DNA from: Macrostomum hystrix
Taxonomy: Eukaryota; Animalia; Platyhelminthes
Assembly (NCBI GenBank): GCA_950097015.1
Contig: CATNEN010000009.1
Span: 1,426,001-1,490,000 of the forward strand
Reading direction: 5' to 3'
Length of the DNA stretch: 64,000 bases
Positions within the stretch are counted from its first letter, which is position 1, and each line of letters starts with the position of its first letter. The translations under genes and the position numbers were made by a program. Positions 1 to 10,957 of this stretch are shown here, in pieces. The notes below the pieces were generated by a model. The model was not told the origin of the DNA. It made no database searches and worked only from the letters and a program-made list of their open reading frames with translations.

Positions 1-23
1 AAGGAGTATTTTGACAAGCTCAC

Positions 24-962
24 CGGCTGGCTGGCATTCTGGCTATACCAGAATCTGCCGAGGGCGTTGCTGGGAACCTGGAAGCCGCCAACGAGCTCTT
101 CCGTGTCGCCGTGGATTCTGTGCGCTGCCAGAGCAAAGCCCAGGAAATTCTGACCACTGACAGATCTGAGGGTCACTGTAAGGTGCAAGTACGCTTCATC
201 AGCTGTGCATTAAATATTGTATTGAATGGACTCAAATGCAGAAAAGCAGCCCAGATTCACAGGGTGAGGGACTCGATCGGTCTGCGTTGAATTACCCAGA
301 TTAATGCTTAATCCTGCTTAATGCTTAGTGCTTAATGCTTAATGCTTAGTGCTTAATGCTTAAGCGTTTGCCTCTCGCGACTCGCACCTAGCTGGATTCC
401 ACGGCGAGGCCACATTCATTTGGGGCGGAGAGAAGGCTTGGCGGCTTGTCGTGCAATTTCCGCCCTTGAGGACCCACCTCAAAGGCGCAGTGAGAGTGTA
501 CACTGCCTCACGATAAGAAAGTCAGGGCAGATGCACCCTGTGTGAGTGTGTGCTCAGGAGTCAGCGGAATAGGCAGAATTGCCTCCTCGCTGGCTGCAGG
601 TCTACTGTCACCAAATGATGCGCCATTGCCCACAGCCCTCCTGCAATTATTACTGTTATCCCCAGACCAGGCAAACACGAGGTCGGTTGCACGAGGACAA
701 TACCAGGTTAATTGTCGCAATAATAATTTCGCGGCTGCTCACCTTGAATGACATCGCCTGGAGCGTACTGGCTGGGGCTAAAGGTCAGCTCGAATGGCGG
801 CGGCGAGGTCTGCGGTTCGAAGCCGTGGAAGGGCACCAGGTTGCTGCACCTGTGGCTGGGGGCGCCATCGGGAAACGCAGCCGCCAGGTGCAGCGAAGCC
901 AAGGCCAGCAGCAGCAGCTGAGGCAGTCGAAGCCGAGAAGGGCACTGTACTCCGAGTCCCAT
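24..962 (-). CDS. Reeler-domain secreted protein (FRRS1/SDR2/defense-protein-like), first two exons; gene continues beyond the left edge
   Basis: Exon 1 962..743: signal peptide (LLLLALASLHLAAAFPDGAP..C..L.PFHG), ends CAAG|gtgag. Exon 2 175..24 follows cttacag| and reads in frame VTLRSVSGQNFLGFALAAHRIHGDTEELVGGFQV, matching the Reeler VTL..F.GF..A..G.F pattern; ends CCG|gtgag. Confidence 0.85.
300..365. repeat. 7-bp microsatellite (TTAATGC/TTAGTGC)n
   Basis: About 8-9 units seen directly, abutting the head of the SINE copy. Confidence 0.85.
355..660 (+). mobile_element. tRNA-derived SINE, family A, 5'-degraded copy in Reeler intron 1
   Basis: Colinear with 13594..13962 (shared GGCCACATT, CCCTTGAGG, GAAAGTCAGGGCAGAT, GTGTGTGCTCAGGAGTCAGC, CAGAATTGCCTCCTCGCTGGCTGCAGGTCTA); ends in ATTATTA. 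Confidence 0.75.
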
Positions 963-2262
963 TTCTTGTGTTCCCTGAGTCAGCGACCGCCAAACACAAT
1001 TTAGAGCGATGCTTGCCCTCTCTGATTTAATTCGGCTATGAACCCAAGGCCAAATAGTATGAGGAGAGGCGAGCTAAGAGATTAGAGGTCACCAGAGATA
1101 AGAGGCTGCAGGGTTGAAGCAAGAGTGCACCGCAATGTGTCGGCGGAATACCCTTATCAGGTATTGCTGTAACCAAGTTTGCCATGGCGACAACGACCAC
1201 GACACTAACAACTGCAGCAGCCTGCAGTTCGTGTTAACTCCTGGCTCACAGGGCTAACTCAGTGCAGCTTTGCCTGCTCACATGCCACTACTCATAGCAC
1301 AGTAGAGCATATTTGGTGACTCACAGTTCAGTCTGCAAAGTTCAGGCTATCTAAGGCTATAAGAACCTGGCGCTCGATGTCAAACAGGGGCGAGCGTCAT
1401 GAAAATATTCTAAAAATAGTTCCGCAGCACCGAGTATACACCTAGCTGATCCCTAGCTGCGCGTGACTGGAGAAGCCCGCGGTAAATTTCTTGAGGCGTT
1501 GAGGTCGCAAAACTGACTCATTTTCTAACGCTTTTCTATCGCTTCGAGGCTAATCTAACGTGGCTGTTGACAGGTGCAACTACGATTTCAATGGGCTCAT
1601 ATTGACGCAACGGCAAACTTGTGATGCAGAACCATTTCACTCATTGACACCCAACCCATTTGGGCTCCATGCACAGCCCCTGGCACACCTGTTGAGTCCG
1701 TGGACTGGCGTGCCAGACGCCAAACCCGCCAAGGAAGGGAAGCTTGTGAAAATGCCTGCTCTGACAATTCAAACAACGCCAACGGCCAAAGGCTGAAGCA
1801 GAGGCGTCATTAAGCTAATTATGTATTTGACAAGGCAGGTGTGAATAATATATAACAAATAGTACTTAAGGGACGCGATAAATGCCGGGCGAACTAACTG
1901 TACAAAGAAGACGCGCGGTGTATGCACGCTGATAACAGGGGCGGCGGCGCGCGCTTTGATCTCTGCAACAAGGCCTGCTGTATGCTAATGTACATATTAC
2001 TAAGCAGGGGTGCCAGCCAATCAGAGAAGTCCGAACAGAAACTTTGTATCAGTCAATAGGAAGCAAGAAAGTAACACGGAAAAATATTTGAGTAAAACTG
2101 CTAGCAAACTAAAGAGCTCCACGAACAATAGATAGATAAGCTTATGAATGAGCAGAGAAGAGCATGATGACTAGGGAGGAGCTCGAAGAGATGGAACCAG
2201 CCAGCCAGCCAAGCAGTTGAGTTGGCAGCTCAGGTTATGTCAGATCGGTGCTCAAGCTTTCC

Positions 2263-3201
2263 TCACTTCTTGCTCTGCTTGCGTGTGTCCTGGCACTTGG
2301 GGCAGAACCACTTGCCCTTCGGCTTAGTGCTGAGGCCGACGCAGTTGAAGTGAAACCACTCGATGGGGCAGTCGGCATTGTCGCAGCCAATCATGTCGCC
2401 GTAGGACACCTGGTGGCAGATGCAGTAGGTTGGCTCGTTGGGGTCCACGGGCATGTCCAGCACCTCCGCTGGGTTGTTGGTCAGCGTCAGGGTCAGCGCC
2501 GCAGTGATTGGGAGGCCGGATGGCGGCAGCGACATCAGCGGCGCGGCTTCGTCCGCTGTCGAGCCGGCCGACGCCTCCAGCTTGATGGATTTGCGGCCAC
2601 CGGCGCCGGCTCCGTCATCGTCGGCGTCGGCTCGCTGGCGGCGCTTTCGACCGCGCCGGACGCCGCTCGACTCGCCGACGTCGTCGCCGCCATCGACAGC
2701 GTCGGCGCCACCGAATCCAGCCGCAGCTGCACCGCCTGCGCCCGCGCCACCGCCGCCCGGGCCCTTGGCGGCTCGGTTGGCGCGCTCTTTGAGCTCGGCC
2801 TCGAACCTGGCCAGGTCCGTGTCCAGGCGGCGGATGTGCCGGTCCACCATCTCGTAGGTCTGCATGGCCAGCTGCACCTGCACAGGTAAGAACAAGCTTA
2901 TTTCAGACTAGGACAGCATCCCCACCCGTCACCAGCAACAGACTCGATGGCTCACCTTCTCGTCAGCAAGGACGCGGCTCCTGTTGTAAAAGACGCTGAT
3001 CTCGCGACACTTTTCCGACCGCTCGGCCTTGGCCATGCCGCGTGCCCCGGCCAGGTACCGCGTGGTGGCCTCCTCAGCCTCGCTGAGCATAGTCTGCACC
3101 TTCTGGTCGTGGTCGCGGATCAGGTTGAAGTTCCGCTCAAGATCAGCTGGAAGACTCTCCAAGCTGTCCAGGTAATGCTCCAGGTACATTGCTGAGGCCA
3201 T
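2263..3201 (-). CDS. ING4/5: Inhibitor of growth protein 4/5 (ING domain + PHD finger)
   Basis: Exon 1 3201..2956 [18 protein letters not shown]...DEK|gtgag; 78-nt intron; exon 2 2877..2263 cag|[26 protein letters not shown]...[52 protein letters not shown] at 2263-2265. Confidence 0.97.
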
Positions 3202-3377
3202 TTCAATGCGATTCGCTGCTGAAAGCAATCAGGCAAATGGCTTTTTGACTATTGATTTTTGTAATGGCAAATCAACATTAACAACAACAGTTACGATTTG
3301 AAAGCTCGTTGTTGCATAACGGAATACTGAACAGATTTATCAACAAAGCAAACTTTTAAATAACTGATCTAGAGTAC

Positions 3378-4192
3378 GGTCTGTTGTTTGTCACCAATCT
3401 GCGGTCTGTTGGTCGTCACCTCTCTGTGGTATGTTGGTTGTCACACCTCTGTGGTATGTTGGTTGTCACCCCTCTGTGGTCTGTTGGTTGTTACCAATCT
3501 GCGGTCTGTTGGTTGTCACCCCTCTGCGGTCTGTTGGTTGTCACCCCTCTGTGGTCTGTTGGTTGTCACCCCTCTGTGGTTTGTTGGTTGTCACCCCTCT
3601 GCGGTCTATTGTTTGTCACCCCTCAGCGGTCTGTTGGTTGTCACCTCTCTGCGGTCTGTTGTTTGTCACCAATCTGCGGTCTGTTGGTCGTCACCTCTCT
3701 GTGGTATGTTGGTTGTCACCCCTCTGTGGTATGTTGGTTGTCACACCTCTGTGGTATGTTGGTTGTCACCCCTCTGCGGTCTGTTGTTTGTCACCCCTCA
3801 GCGGTCTGTTGGTTGTCACCCCTCTGCGGTCTGTTGGTTGTCACCCCTCTGCGGTCTATTGTTTGTCACCCCTCAGCGGTCTGTTGGTTGTCACCCCTCA
3901 GCGGTCTGTTGGTTGTCACCCCTCAGCGGTCTGTTGGTTGTCACCCCTCAGCGGTCTGTTGGTTGTCACCCCTCAGCGGTCTGTTGGTTGTCACCCCTCT
4001 GCGGTCTGTTGTTTGTCACCAATCTGCGGTCTGTTGGTCGTCACCTCTCTGTGGTATGTTGGTTGTCACCCCTCTGCGGTCTGTTGGTTGTCACCCCTCT
4101 GCGGTCTGTTGGTTGTCACCCCTCTGCGGTCTGTTGGTTGTCACCCCTCTGCGGTCTGTGGTTGTCACCCCTCTGCGGTCTGTGGTTGTCAC
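3378..4192. repeat. 25-bp minisatellite (CTGTTGGTTGTCACCCCTCTGCGGT), ~32 copies
   Basis: Direct periodicity; lies between DPM3 and ING4/5. Confidence 0.95.
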
Positions 4193-4731
4193 CTAGTCCT
4201 CAGTAGTCAGTATGCTGCAATCCAAAGCATTCCAATAAATATTATAGCTAAATATTATCCTCGTATTTAGTCTAGTAAAATTTCCAGATTTCGGAATAGA
4301 AGCAATAAGAAATAAATATGGAACTAAAAGTTTATTCACTATGCCAGCTATTTTGTGTGGTATATTTGTATAATTGATCATAAAAGCGAATGTTACACAA
4401 AATTATCAAATAATTTAGCGACCAAAGCCTTTGTTCAGTTTCAGAAAAATCAGCATGGATGAAAGGAAAGTAGACAAAGCGGACGGGAATATTATGGAAG
4501 CAGAAACAACACCAGTAAAATGCGAACCAACAGAACAGCAGGCGGGAATTGGGAAGGCACAGCAAGTGCTAAAAAAGAAAAGAAAAAACTGATCAAGCTT
4601 TGTGACTGCCCGAGAGCTTTGCCGACACCTTGAGAGATAAATAACAAAAACCAACAATTGGTGAGCTCCATATACTACTGATGGGCGAGTAGCGCAGAGG
4701 TGCATTCGGCCCTAACTATGCGGCGTTTAAT

Positions 4732-5040
4732 TCAAGACGCCGCCGCGGCAGCCGGGAAGACGAAGCCGCGCCGCGCAAGGTCGGCTTTGGCAGTTTCGAT
4801 CTCCTTCACCAGCTCGGCGTGCGCCTGCGGACAGTCCCCGAAGGTCAGGGTTCGGTAGGCAACAATGGCCAAAGAGGCCATGCCCAGCGCCAGAGCGGAG
4901 TACACGGGTAGGAAGGCGGCCAAGTGGCGCCACGCCGGTCCGGGATTAGCTGGCGAAACAGCGCCGAACAGCAGCAGCAGCCAGGCGGCCAGGAATAAGA
5001 GGCCGATCAGCAGCCACTGGGCGAGCTTCGTGAGAGCCAT
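4732..5040 (-). CDS. DPM3: Dolichol-phosphate mannosyltransferase subunit 3
   Basis: Single exon, 102 aa: MALTKLAQWL, two hydrophobic helices, then YRTLTFGDCPQAHAELVKEIETAKADLARRGF, the DPM3 C-terminal signature (F.DC.EA..EL..EI..A..DL..RG). An upstream in-frame ATG at 5088 is a possible alternative start. Confidence 0.93.
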   Translation of the reverse strand: MALTKLAQWLLIGLLFLAAWLLLLFGAVSPANPGPAWRHLAAFLPVYSALALGMASLAIVAYRTLTFGDCPQAHAELVKEIETAKADLARRGFVFPAAAAAS

Positions 5041-5146
5041 GAGAACCGAGGGGCAGCTGCGGGATGAGGCTGCGAATGTAGCGACCATGCTACTGACTCC
5101 CTGGGAACAAGGAGACCCCGAGTCATGCTTTGAGAACCCGGAACAA

Positions 5147-6905
5147 TGAGCCTAGATCCTGAAACTATGAGCCTAGATCCTGAAGCTATGAGCCTAGATC
5201 CTGAAACTATGAGCCTAGATCCTGAAACTATGAGCCTAGATCCTGAAACTATGAGCCTAGATCCTGAAACTATGAGCCTAGATCCTGAAACTATAAGACT
5301 AGATCCTGAAACAATAACCCTAGATCCTGAAACGATAAGCCTAGATCCTGAAACAATAAGCCTACATCCTGAAATCATAAGCCTAGATCCTGAAACAGCT
5401 TAGATCCTGAAACAATAAGCCTAGATCCTGAAACAATAAGCCTAGATCATGAACTAATAAGCCTAGATCCTGAAATATAAGCCTAGATCATGAAATAATA
5501 AGCCAAGATCCTGAAACAATAAGCCTAGATCCTGAAATAATAAGCCTATATCCTGAACTATAAGCCTAGATCATGAAATAATAAGCCTAGATCCTGAAAT
5601 AATAAGCCTAGATCCTGAAATATAAGCCTAGACCCTAAATCATAAGCCTAGATCCTGAAATATAAGCCTAAATCCTGAAATATAAGCCTAGATCCTGAAA
5701 TATAAGCCTAGATCATGAAATAATAAGCCTAGATCCTGAAACAATAAGCCTAGATCATGAAATAATAAGCCTAGATCCTGAACTATAAGCCTAGATCATG
5801 AAATAATAAGCCTAGATCCTGAAATAATAAGCCTAGATCCTGAAATATAAGCCTAGACCCTAAATCATAAGCCTAGATCCTGAAATATAAGCCTATATCC
5901 TGAAATATAAGCCTAGATCCTGAAATATAAGCCTAGATCATGAAATAATAAGCCTAGATCCTGAAATAATAAGCCTAGATCCTGAAATATAAGCCTAGAC
6001 CATAAATCATAAGCCTAGATCCTGAAATATAAGCCTAAATCCTGAAATATAAGCCTAGATCCTGAAATATAAGCCTAGATCATGAAATAATAAGCCTAGA
6101 TCCTGAAACAATAAGCCTAGATCATGAAATAATAAGCCTAGATCCTGAACTATATGCCTAGATCATGAAATAATAAGCCTAGATCCTGAAATAATAAGCC
6201 TAGATCCTGAAATATAAGCCTAGACCCTAAATCATAAGCCTAGATCCTGAAATATAAGCCTATATCCTGAAATATAAGCCTAGATCCTGAAATATAAGCC
6301 TAGATCATGAAATAATAAGCCTAGATCCTGAAACAATAAGCCTAGATCATGAAATAATAAGCCTAGATCCTGAAACAATAAGCCTAGATCCTGAAACAAT
6401 AAGCCTAGATCCTAAAACAATAAGCCTAGATCCTAAAATATAGGCCTAGATCCTGAAACAATAAGCCTAGATCCTGAAATAATAAGCCTAGATCCTGAAA
6501 CAATAAGCCTAGATCCTGAAACAATAAGCCTAGATCCTGAAACAATAAGCCTAGATCCTGAAATAATAAGCCTAGATCCTGAAACAATAAGCCTAGATCC
6601 TGAAATAATAAGCCTAGATCCTGAAACAATAAGCCTAGATCCTGAAACAATAAGCCTAGATCCTGAAATAATAAGCCTAGATCCTGAAACAATAAGCCTA
6701 GATCCTGAAATAATAAGCCTAGATCCTGAAATAATAAGCCTAGATCCTGAAATAATAAGCCTAGATCCTGAAACAATAAGCCTAGATCCTGAAATAATAA
6801 GCCTAGATCCTGAAACAATAAGCCTAGATCCTGAAACAATAAGCCTAGATCCTTAAATCATAAGCCTAGATCCTGAAGCTATGAGACTAAATCCTAAAGC
6901 TATGA
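5147..6905. repeat. 20/21-bp minisatellite (AGCCTAGATCCTGAAACAATA), ~85 copies
   Basis: Direct periodicity; lies between the claudin-like gene and DPM3. Confidence 0.95.
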
Positions 6906-7123
6906 GTCTAGATCCTGTTGTCCAATGTTCTAGATCCTAGATCCTATATCAAACACATGAGATTAAGAAAGTAAAACAATTTTGTCGTGAAACGTTGCGA
7001 AACAATATAACAAGCACGAATAACTAATCTCTTTATATTTTTGCATCGATATTTCGGGAAGGAACAGTGGATCAAAGCTAGACAATTAATCAAGTGAAAC
7101 AGAGTCCAGGCTGTGACTGCGGA

Positions 7124-8002
7124 TCAGCCAAGCAGCCGGGCCAGCAGGTCGGCACGCTCAGCGGCCACGCGGGCTAGGCAGGTGGGTAGGCAGGCCAGCT
7201 GACAGGCCAGGACGGCCTGCAGGCAGATGCTCGCGTAGGCCAGGCGGGCTCCGGCGGAGTCGGTCGAATAGCCCAAGCCGGGCGCCGTTGAGGAGGCCGA
7301 CGATCTGGCCAGGTCGCCGACCAGGACGTGCAGGTAGACGACGAAGACGACGGTTGCAGCCAGGCCAGCTGCGGCGAAGGCGGAGGCGGCCCAAATTAGG
7401 CGACGCTGGATGGCGAGTCGGCGAACAGCGAATGTGGCGAGAGCCAGGAGGCCGAGGCAGATGACGAGGCAGACCGGTGTGACAGCCTGGCAGGCCAGCA
7501 GGCCAGGTCGGAAGCGGCAAAGGGCGGGCAAATCGCCGCATGAGGGCAGCGCGGCCGAACAGCGCACTTTAATGCTGCTGCTGCTGTTGTTTTTGCTGTA
7601 AGGCTCCAGGACGCAGTGACCCCTAACACTGAGCAGGCGAGTTACAACAGTGATAGGTGGCTGGTGCAGGTGTCGATGCGCAGCGGAGAAAGCGGCGGTG
7701 CCGGACAATGAGACCTCTCGCAGCAGATCGGGCACCAGCGGCGCGCACACAGCCAGGCAGGCGGCAAAAGAAGCCAGGATGCCGATAGACGCGTGGACTG
7801 GCCGGAGTCGCTTCAGGCGCCAGGCGGGGCCAGCGCAGTAGGCGGCCGCAGCCAGCAACGGCGGCAGCGACTGGCGGTCATCAGCAGCTTCGTCGGCATC
7901 AGGAATAAGACGCAGCTTCGGGTCATCGTCGTGATTCAATGTGGAGACATCATGATCTTCAGCGACTTCAGCCGGGATACGGGAGCTGCTGGCTGCACTC
8001 AT
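7124..8002 (-). CDS. Four-transmembrane protein, claudin/PMP22/TMEM-like fold, family unresolved
   Basis: 292-aa GC-rich single-exon ORF with four hydrophobic segments and a Cys-containing first loop (LSVRGHC...C...C...C); ATG preceded by tgtctag|a. Confidence 0.7.
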   Translation of the reverse strand: MSAASSSRIPAEVAEDHDVSTLNHDDDPKLRLIPDADEAADDRQSLPPLLAAAAYCAGPAWRLKRLRPVHASIGILASFAACLAVCAPLVPDLLREVSLSGTAAFSAAHRHLHQPPITVVTRLLSVRGHCVLEPYSKNNSSSSIKVRCSAALPSCGDLPALCRFRPGLLACQAVTPVCLVICLGLLALATFAVRRLAIQRRLIWAASAFAAAGLAATVVFVVYLHVLVGDLARSSASSTAPGLGYSTDSAGARLAYASICLQAVLACQLACLPTCLARVAAERADLLARLLG

Positions 8003-8679
8003 TCTAGACAGACAGTTGTTGAGCGGAATGCACCGAGAGTCAACCAGCGATAAATGAAGTGATATCGAAGAAAGTTAGTAAGGCTCTGCCCATACTGCCA
8101 GGAAAGAGTCACCTGAATATAGATTTTGTACACTCGTTATTGTAGAAAAGGGGGAGCTGCAATCGGCTCGATGTACATAATTGTACACTAGCGAGGGTAG
8201 AAAAGTTGCCAGCAGGTTAGAATGTACATGCTAGAGTGATGTGATGGCTGATAAGCTTAACTGGTCGATAATGAAAGCGATGGCGTCATTTTTGTATACT
8301 TGGCCAGCTGGAGTGCTAGAACGAGTATACTACTCGCATGTTGCATGCCACTGACTCTTGAACTCGCCGTTTAAATCGCATGTTTGAATTTAATCAAATC
8401 TCATTTACCTATTTATATGTGGAGTGACTTAATTAGAGTTACATATAGTTTGCAGTCTGTTGATTAATGAATGCAAGACACGTTAATACAAACAATGACA
8501 TAGCACTGTTCAAGCTCAAACATATGAATGAAAGAAAGTGGAGTGACTAAACTGTAATAACTGAATAGTCAGTTAACTAGGCCTATTCTTTCATTGTTTT
8601 GCATGTAAATGCAGAGGCAATTCTAGTAGTAAAACTGGAGAGGAGTGGCAGCACTGACTTGACTGAGTGGCAGACAGTC

Positions 8680-8870
8680 TTACTGGACAGTATCTTTGTT
8701 GCCTAGATGCAATGAAATCTTCAGTGACAAATCTATGGATAATCACATTGGCCATGGGTCTATTTACATCAATGTACTTTGCCAACCATCTCCAGTCTTT
8801 TCCATCTTGGAAACTGTGCACCAGTTTTTCACAATCCTGTAGCAATATACACGCCCTTGACTCAAAGTAC
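8680..8870 (-). mobile_element. Degraded Tc1/IS630-like transposase N-terminal HTH fragment
   Basis: LQDCEKLVHSFQDGKDWRWLAKYIDVNRPMANVIIHRF resembles the R..LV..F..G..Y..LA....VNR.TA..I..RY HTH of IS630/Tc1 transposases; no DDE domain seen. Confidence 0.35.
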
Positions 8871-8930
8871 TATAATTAATAACAGCCAGATAATCTAAAG
8901 AAATCTGGCATTGCAAAATTCCATAGTAAA

Positions 8931-9202
8931 CATACATGCGCAACCTCCCAAATCTTAGCCGGCCGTGCGACTTAGTTTTTGCTCTCATTTGCGACTTAGT
9001 TCATTTCATTGCTCTATTTACGACTTAGTTTGCTCTCATTTGCTCTCTTTTTCTCTCCCCTTTTTCCTTTTCTTCACGCCTTCCTTTTTTGTCCCTTGGT
9101 CCCCCCTTTGATTTTTTTGCGCTTGGTCAATTGGTTTTTGCGACTTACCTTGCTTGGCCCTCGTTTCACCCGGCCGGTTCGGCCGGGTGTTGCGCATGTA
9201 TG
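8931..9202. mobile_element. hAT-type MITE, 272 bp
   Basis: 14-bp perfect TIR CATACATGCGCAAC / GTTGCGCATGTATG; 8-bp TSD ATAGTAAA at 8923-8930 and 9203-9210; internal CGACTTA(G/C) repeats. Confidence 0.85.
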
Positions 9203-9299
9203 ATAGTAAATATTAATCATTGTCATGGGACTATTGTGCCAACTCTGTTAGCAAAAAAGAAACAATCCAATTGTTTTTTAACTTAAGCCAATCTGTAGG

Positions 9300-10200
9300 A
9301 GTTGGAATAGGGGTAGGGTAAGAGCTCACTGGAAGCAGGTTCCATGGTACAATTTAGGAATTTGTCTGAATATTAGTTGTCTAAAAAAATAAAGGATCTC
9401 AAAGTTATTTAATTACACATTCCTAATTTTTTACTAAATCATGGTTTGAGACCACAATCATCATAATCTTGATAATGATTTGCTATATATATCACTCAAT
9501 CCTGGTATTTTCCAACCCTGGTAACTTTGTTACTTTGAAAAATTTGGCAATATCATAGTTTACTACATTAAAATGTTTTCACTTGCAAAACTAGGCAATT
9601 GATCAACACTAATACCACTGAAGGGGTCTTGAGTCCATATCAAGGCCAAATTCAAGTCAATGCATAGCACCTATTTAAGAGCCAACTAAACAAATGCCTT
9701 TGTCTATGGGCCTTTGGCAATTGGCAATGGCAACACATCTTTAAATGGAAGGAGTTTAGTAACCCTATTTACTAGTGGGCAGACAACTACTGAATAATTC
9801 TTAAACTAACCTTACCTTAATATATTTAATATATTTTTTCAGTGATGCTAATAACCTTTTTGGCCATAACAATTTGAGTCTAAAATCATTTTGCTTAACT
9901 TGCAAAATAAGTAAGAGTTTAAGATCTAGTAGTCTAGAATCTAAATTGATCAAATGAAATACTTTCCCATAACTAACAAAAAGTGTTAACAGATACAATA
10001 ACAAAGCTTCTTTCAGAAACTTTGAGGAGAATTTGATACACATTCATCGTTCATCGGAATAGTAATTAGGCTTTCACAACCATGCTATACTGGATTTGCC
10101 ATTACTACAGTTAATGTGTAATGACTCTAGCCTAACCACTGGCAAACAACCAACCACTGAATTTACTCCACTCCCTATTATAACTAGTAAAACTTTGTTA
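9300..10200 (-). mobile_element. Heavily degraded CR1/Jockey-like LINE 3' portion
   Basis: Scattered minus-strand fragments PWNLLP (~9330-9345; cf. WNSLP) and TKLPGL (~9515-9535; cf. ATKLIPGL) in the expected order; AT-rich, with many stops and frameshifts. Confidence 0.4.
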
Positions 10201-10957
10201 TAGTAGGCCTACCCATTAATTCTATTAGTTAAGTAAATATATAAAGACAAAAATAGTACATGTGGAAAACAGACTTATTATCAAGACATGTGTGGTCTGC
10301 AAAAAAAAACAACTCCTCAGCTTAATAACTTTTTAAAGCAAATAATTAATTTAATGAACAAAGAAATACATTTTCATTATTGCCATTATTTTATATAGAT
10401 TTAAAATTACTAAATTACCACTTAATATGAAATAACATTATGTATTAGAACTTGCATATGTTATATAATTTTTATTTAGGTTCTTATTGTGAGATATTGC
10501 TAAGTGAATAAGTCCACATTCTACAAATTATAAAATTACATACCTGACTTTAAAACTTGAAGTTAAATGCAAGTTTTTTAGTTTAAAAAATGAAAACAAT
10601 GTCAATAAACACTGAAAATTAAAAGAGAAATTATAGAATAGGCACAGAAAACCTACAGTTAGGTGTTGATCAGCAGAGTTATCACTTTCGATTTCGAATA
10701 GCAAAATGACAAGCAATAAATATTATATACAGAGAAAACTAATATGTAAATATAAATTATTTTAGTTAGTAGTATGAATTTGGTTCATGCAAACTGCCTG
10801 TTTTGACAGAAAGACGATATATAATATTATTTAAAAAATGAAAGTTTTAATTGCTACAAGAAATATAATGCTATTTATTTATGCCGCAAAATTCAATTTT
10901 TAGATTTGTATTTTTGATGAGCACTTACGAGCACAGATAGAGAGATAGGTGTTTTTA

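Noticed and set aside
2248-2889. Antisense/alternative-frame ORFs over ING, DPM3, DGK, the GPCR and RCC1
   Set aside because: Shadows of GC-rich coding exons; the true frames have clear family motifs.
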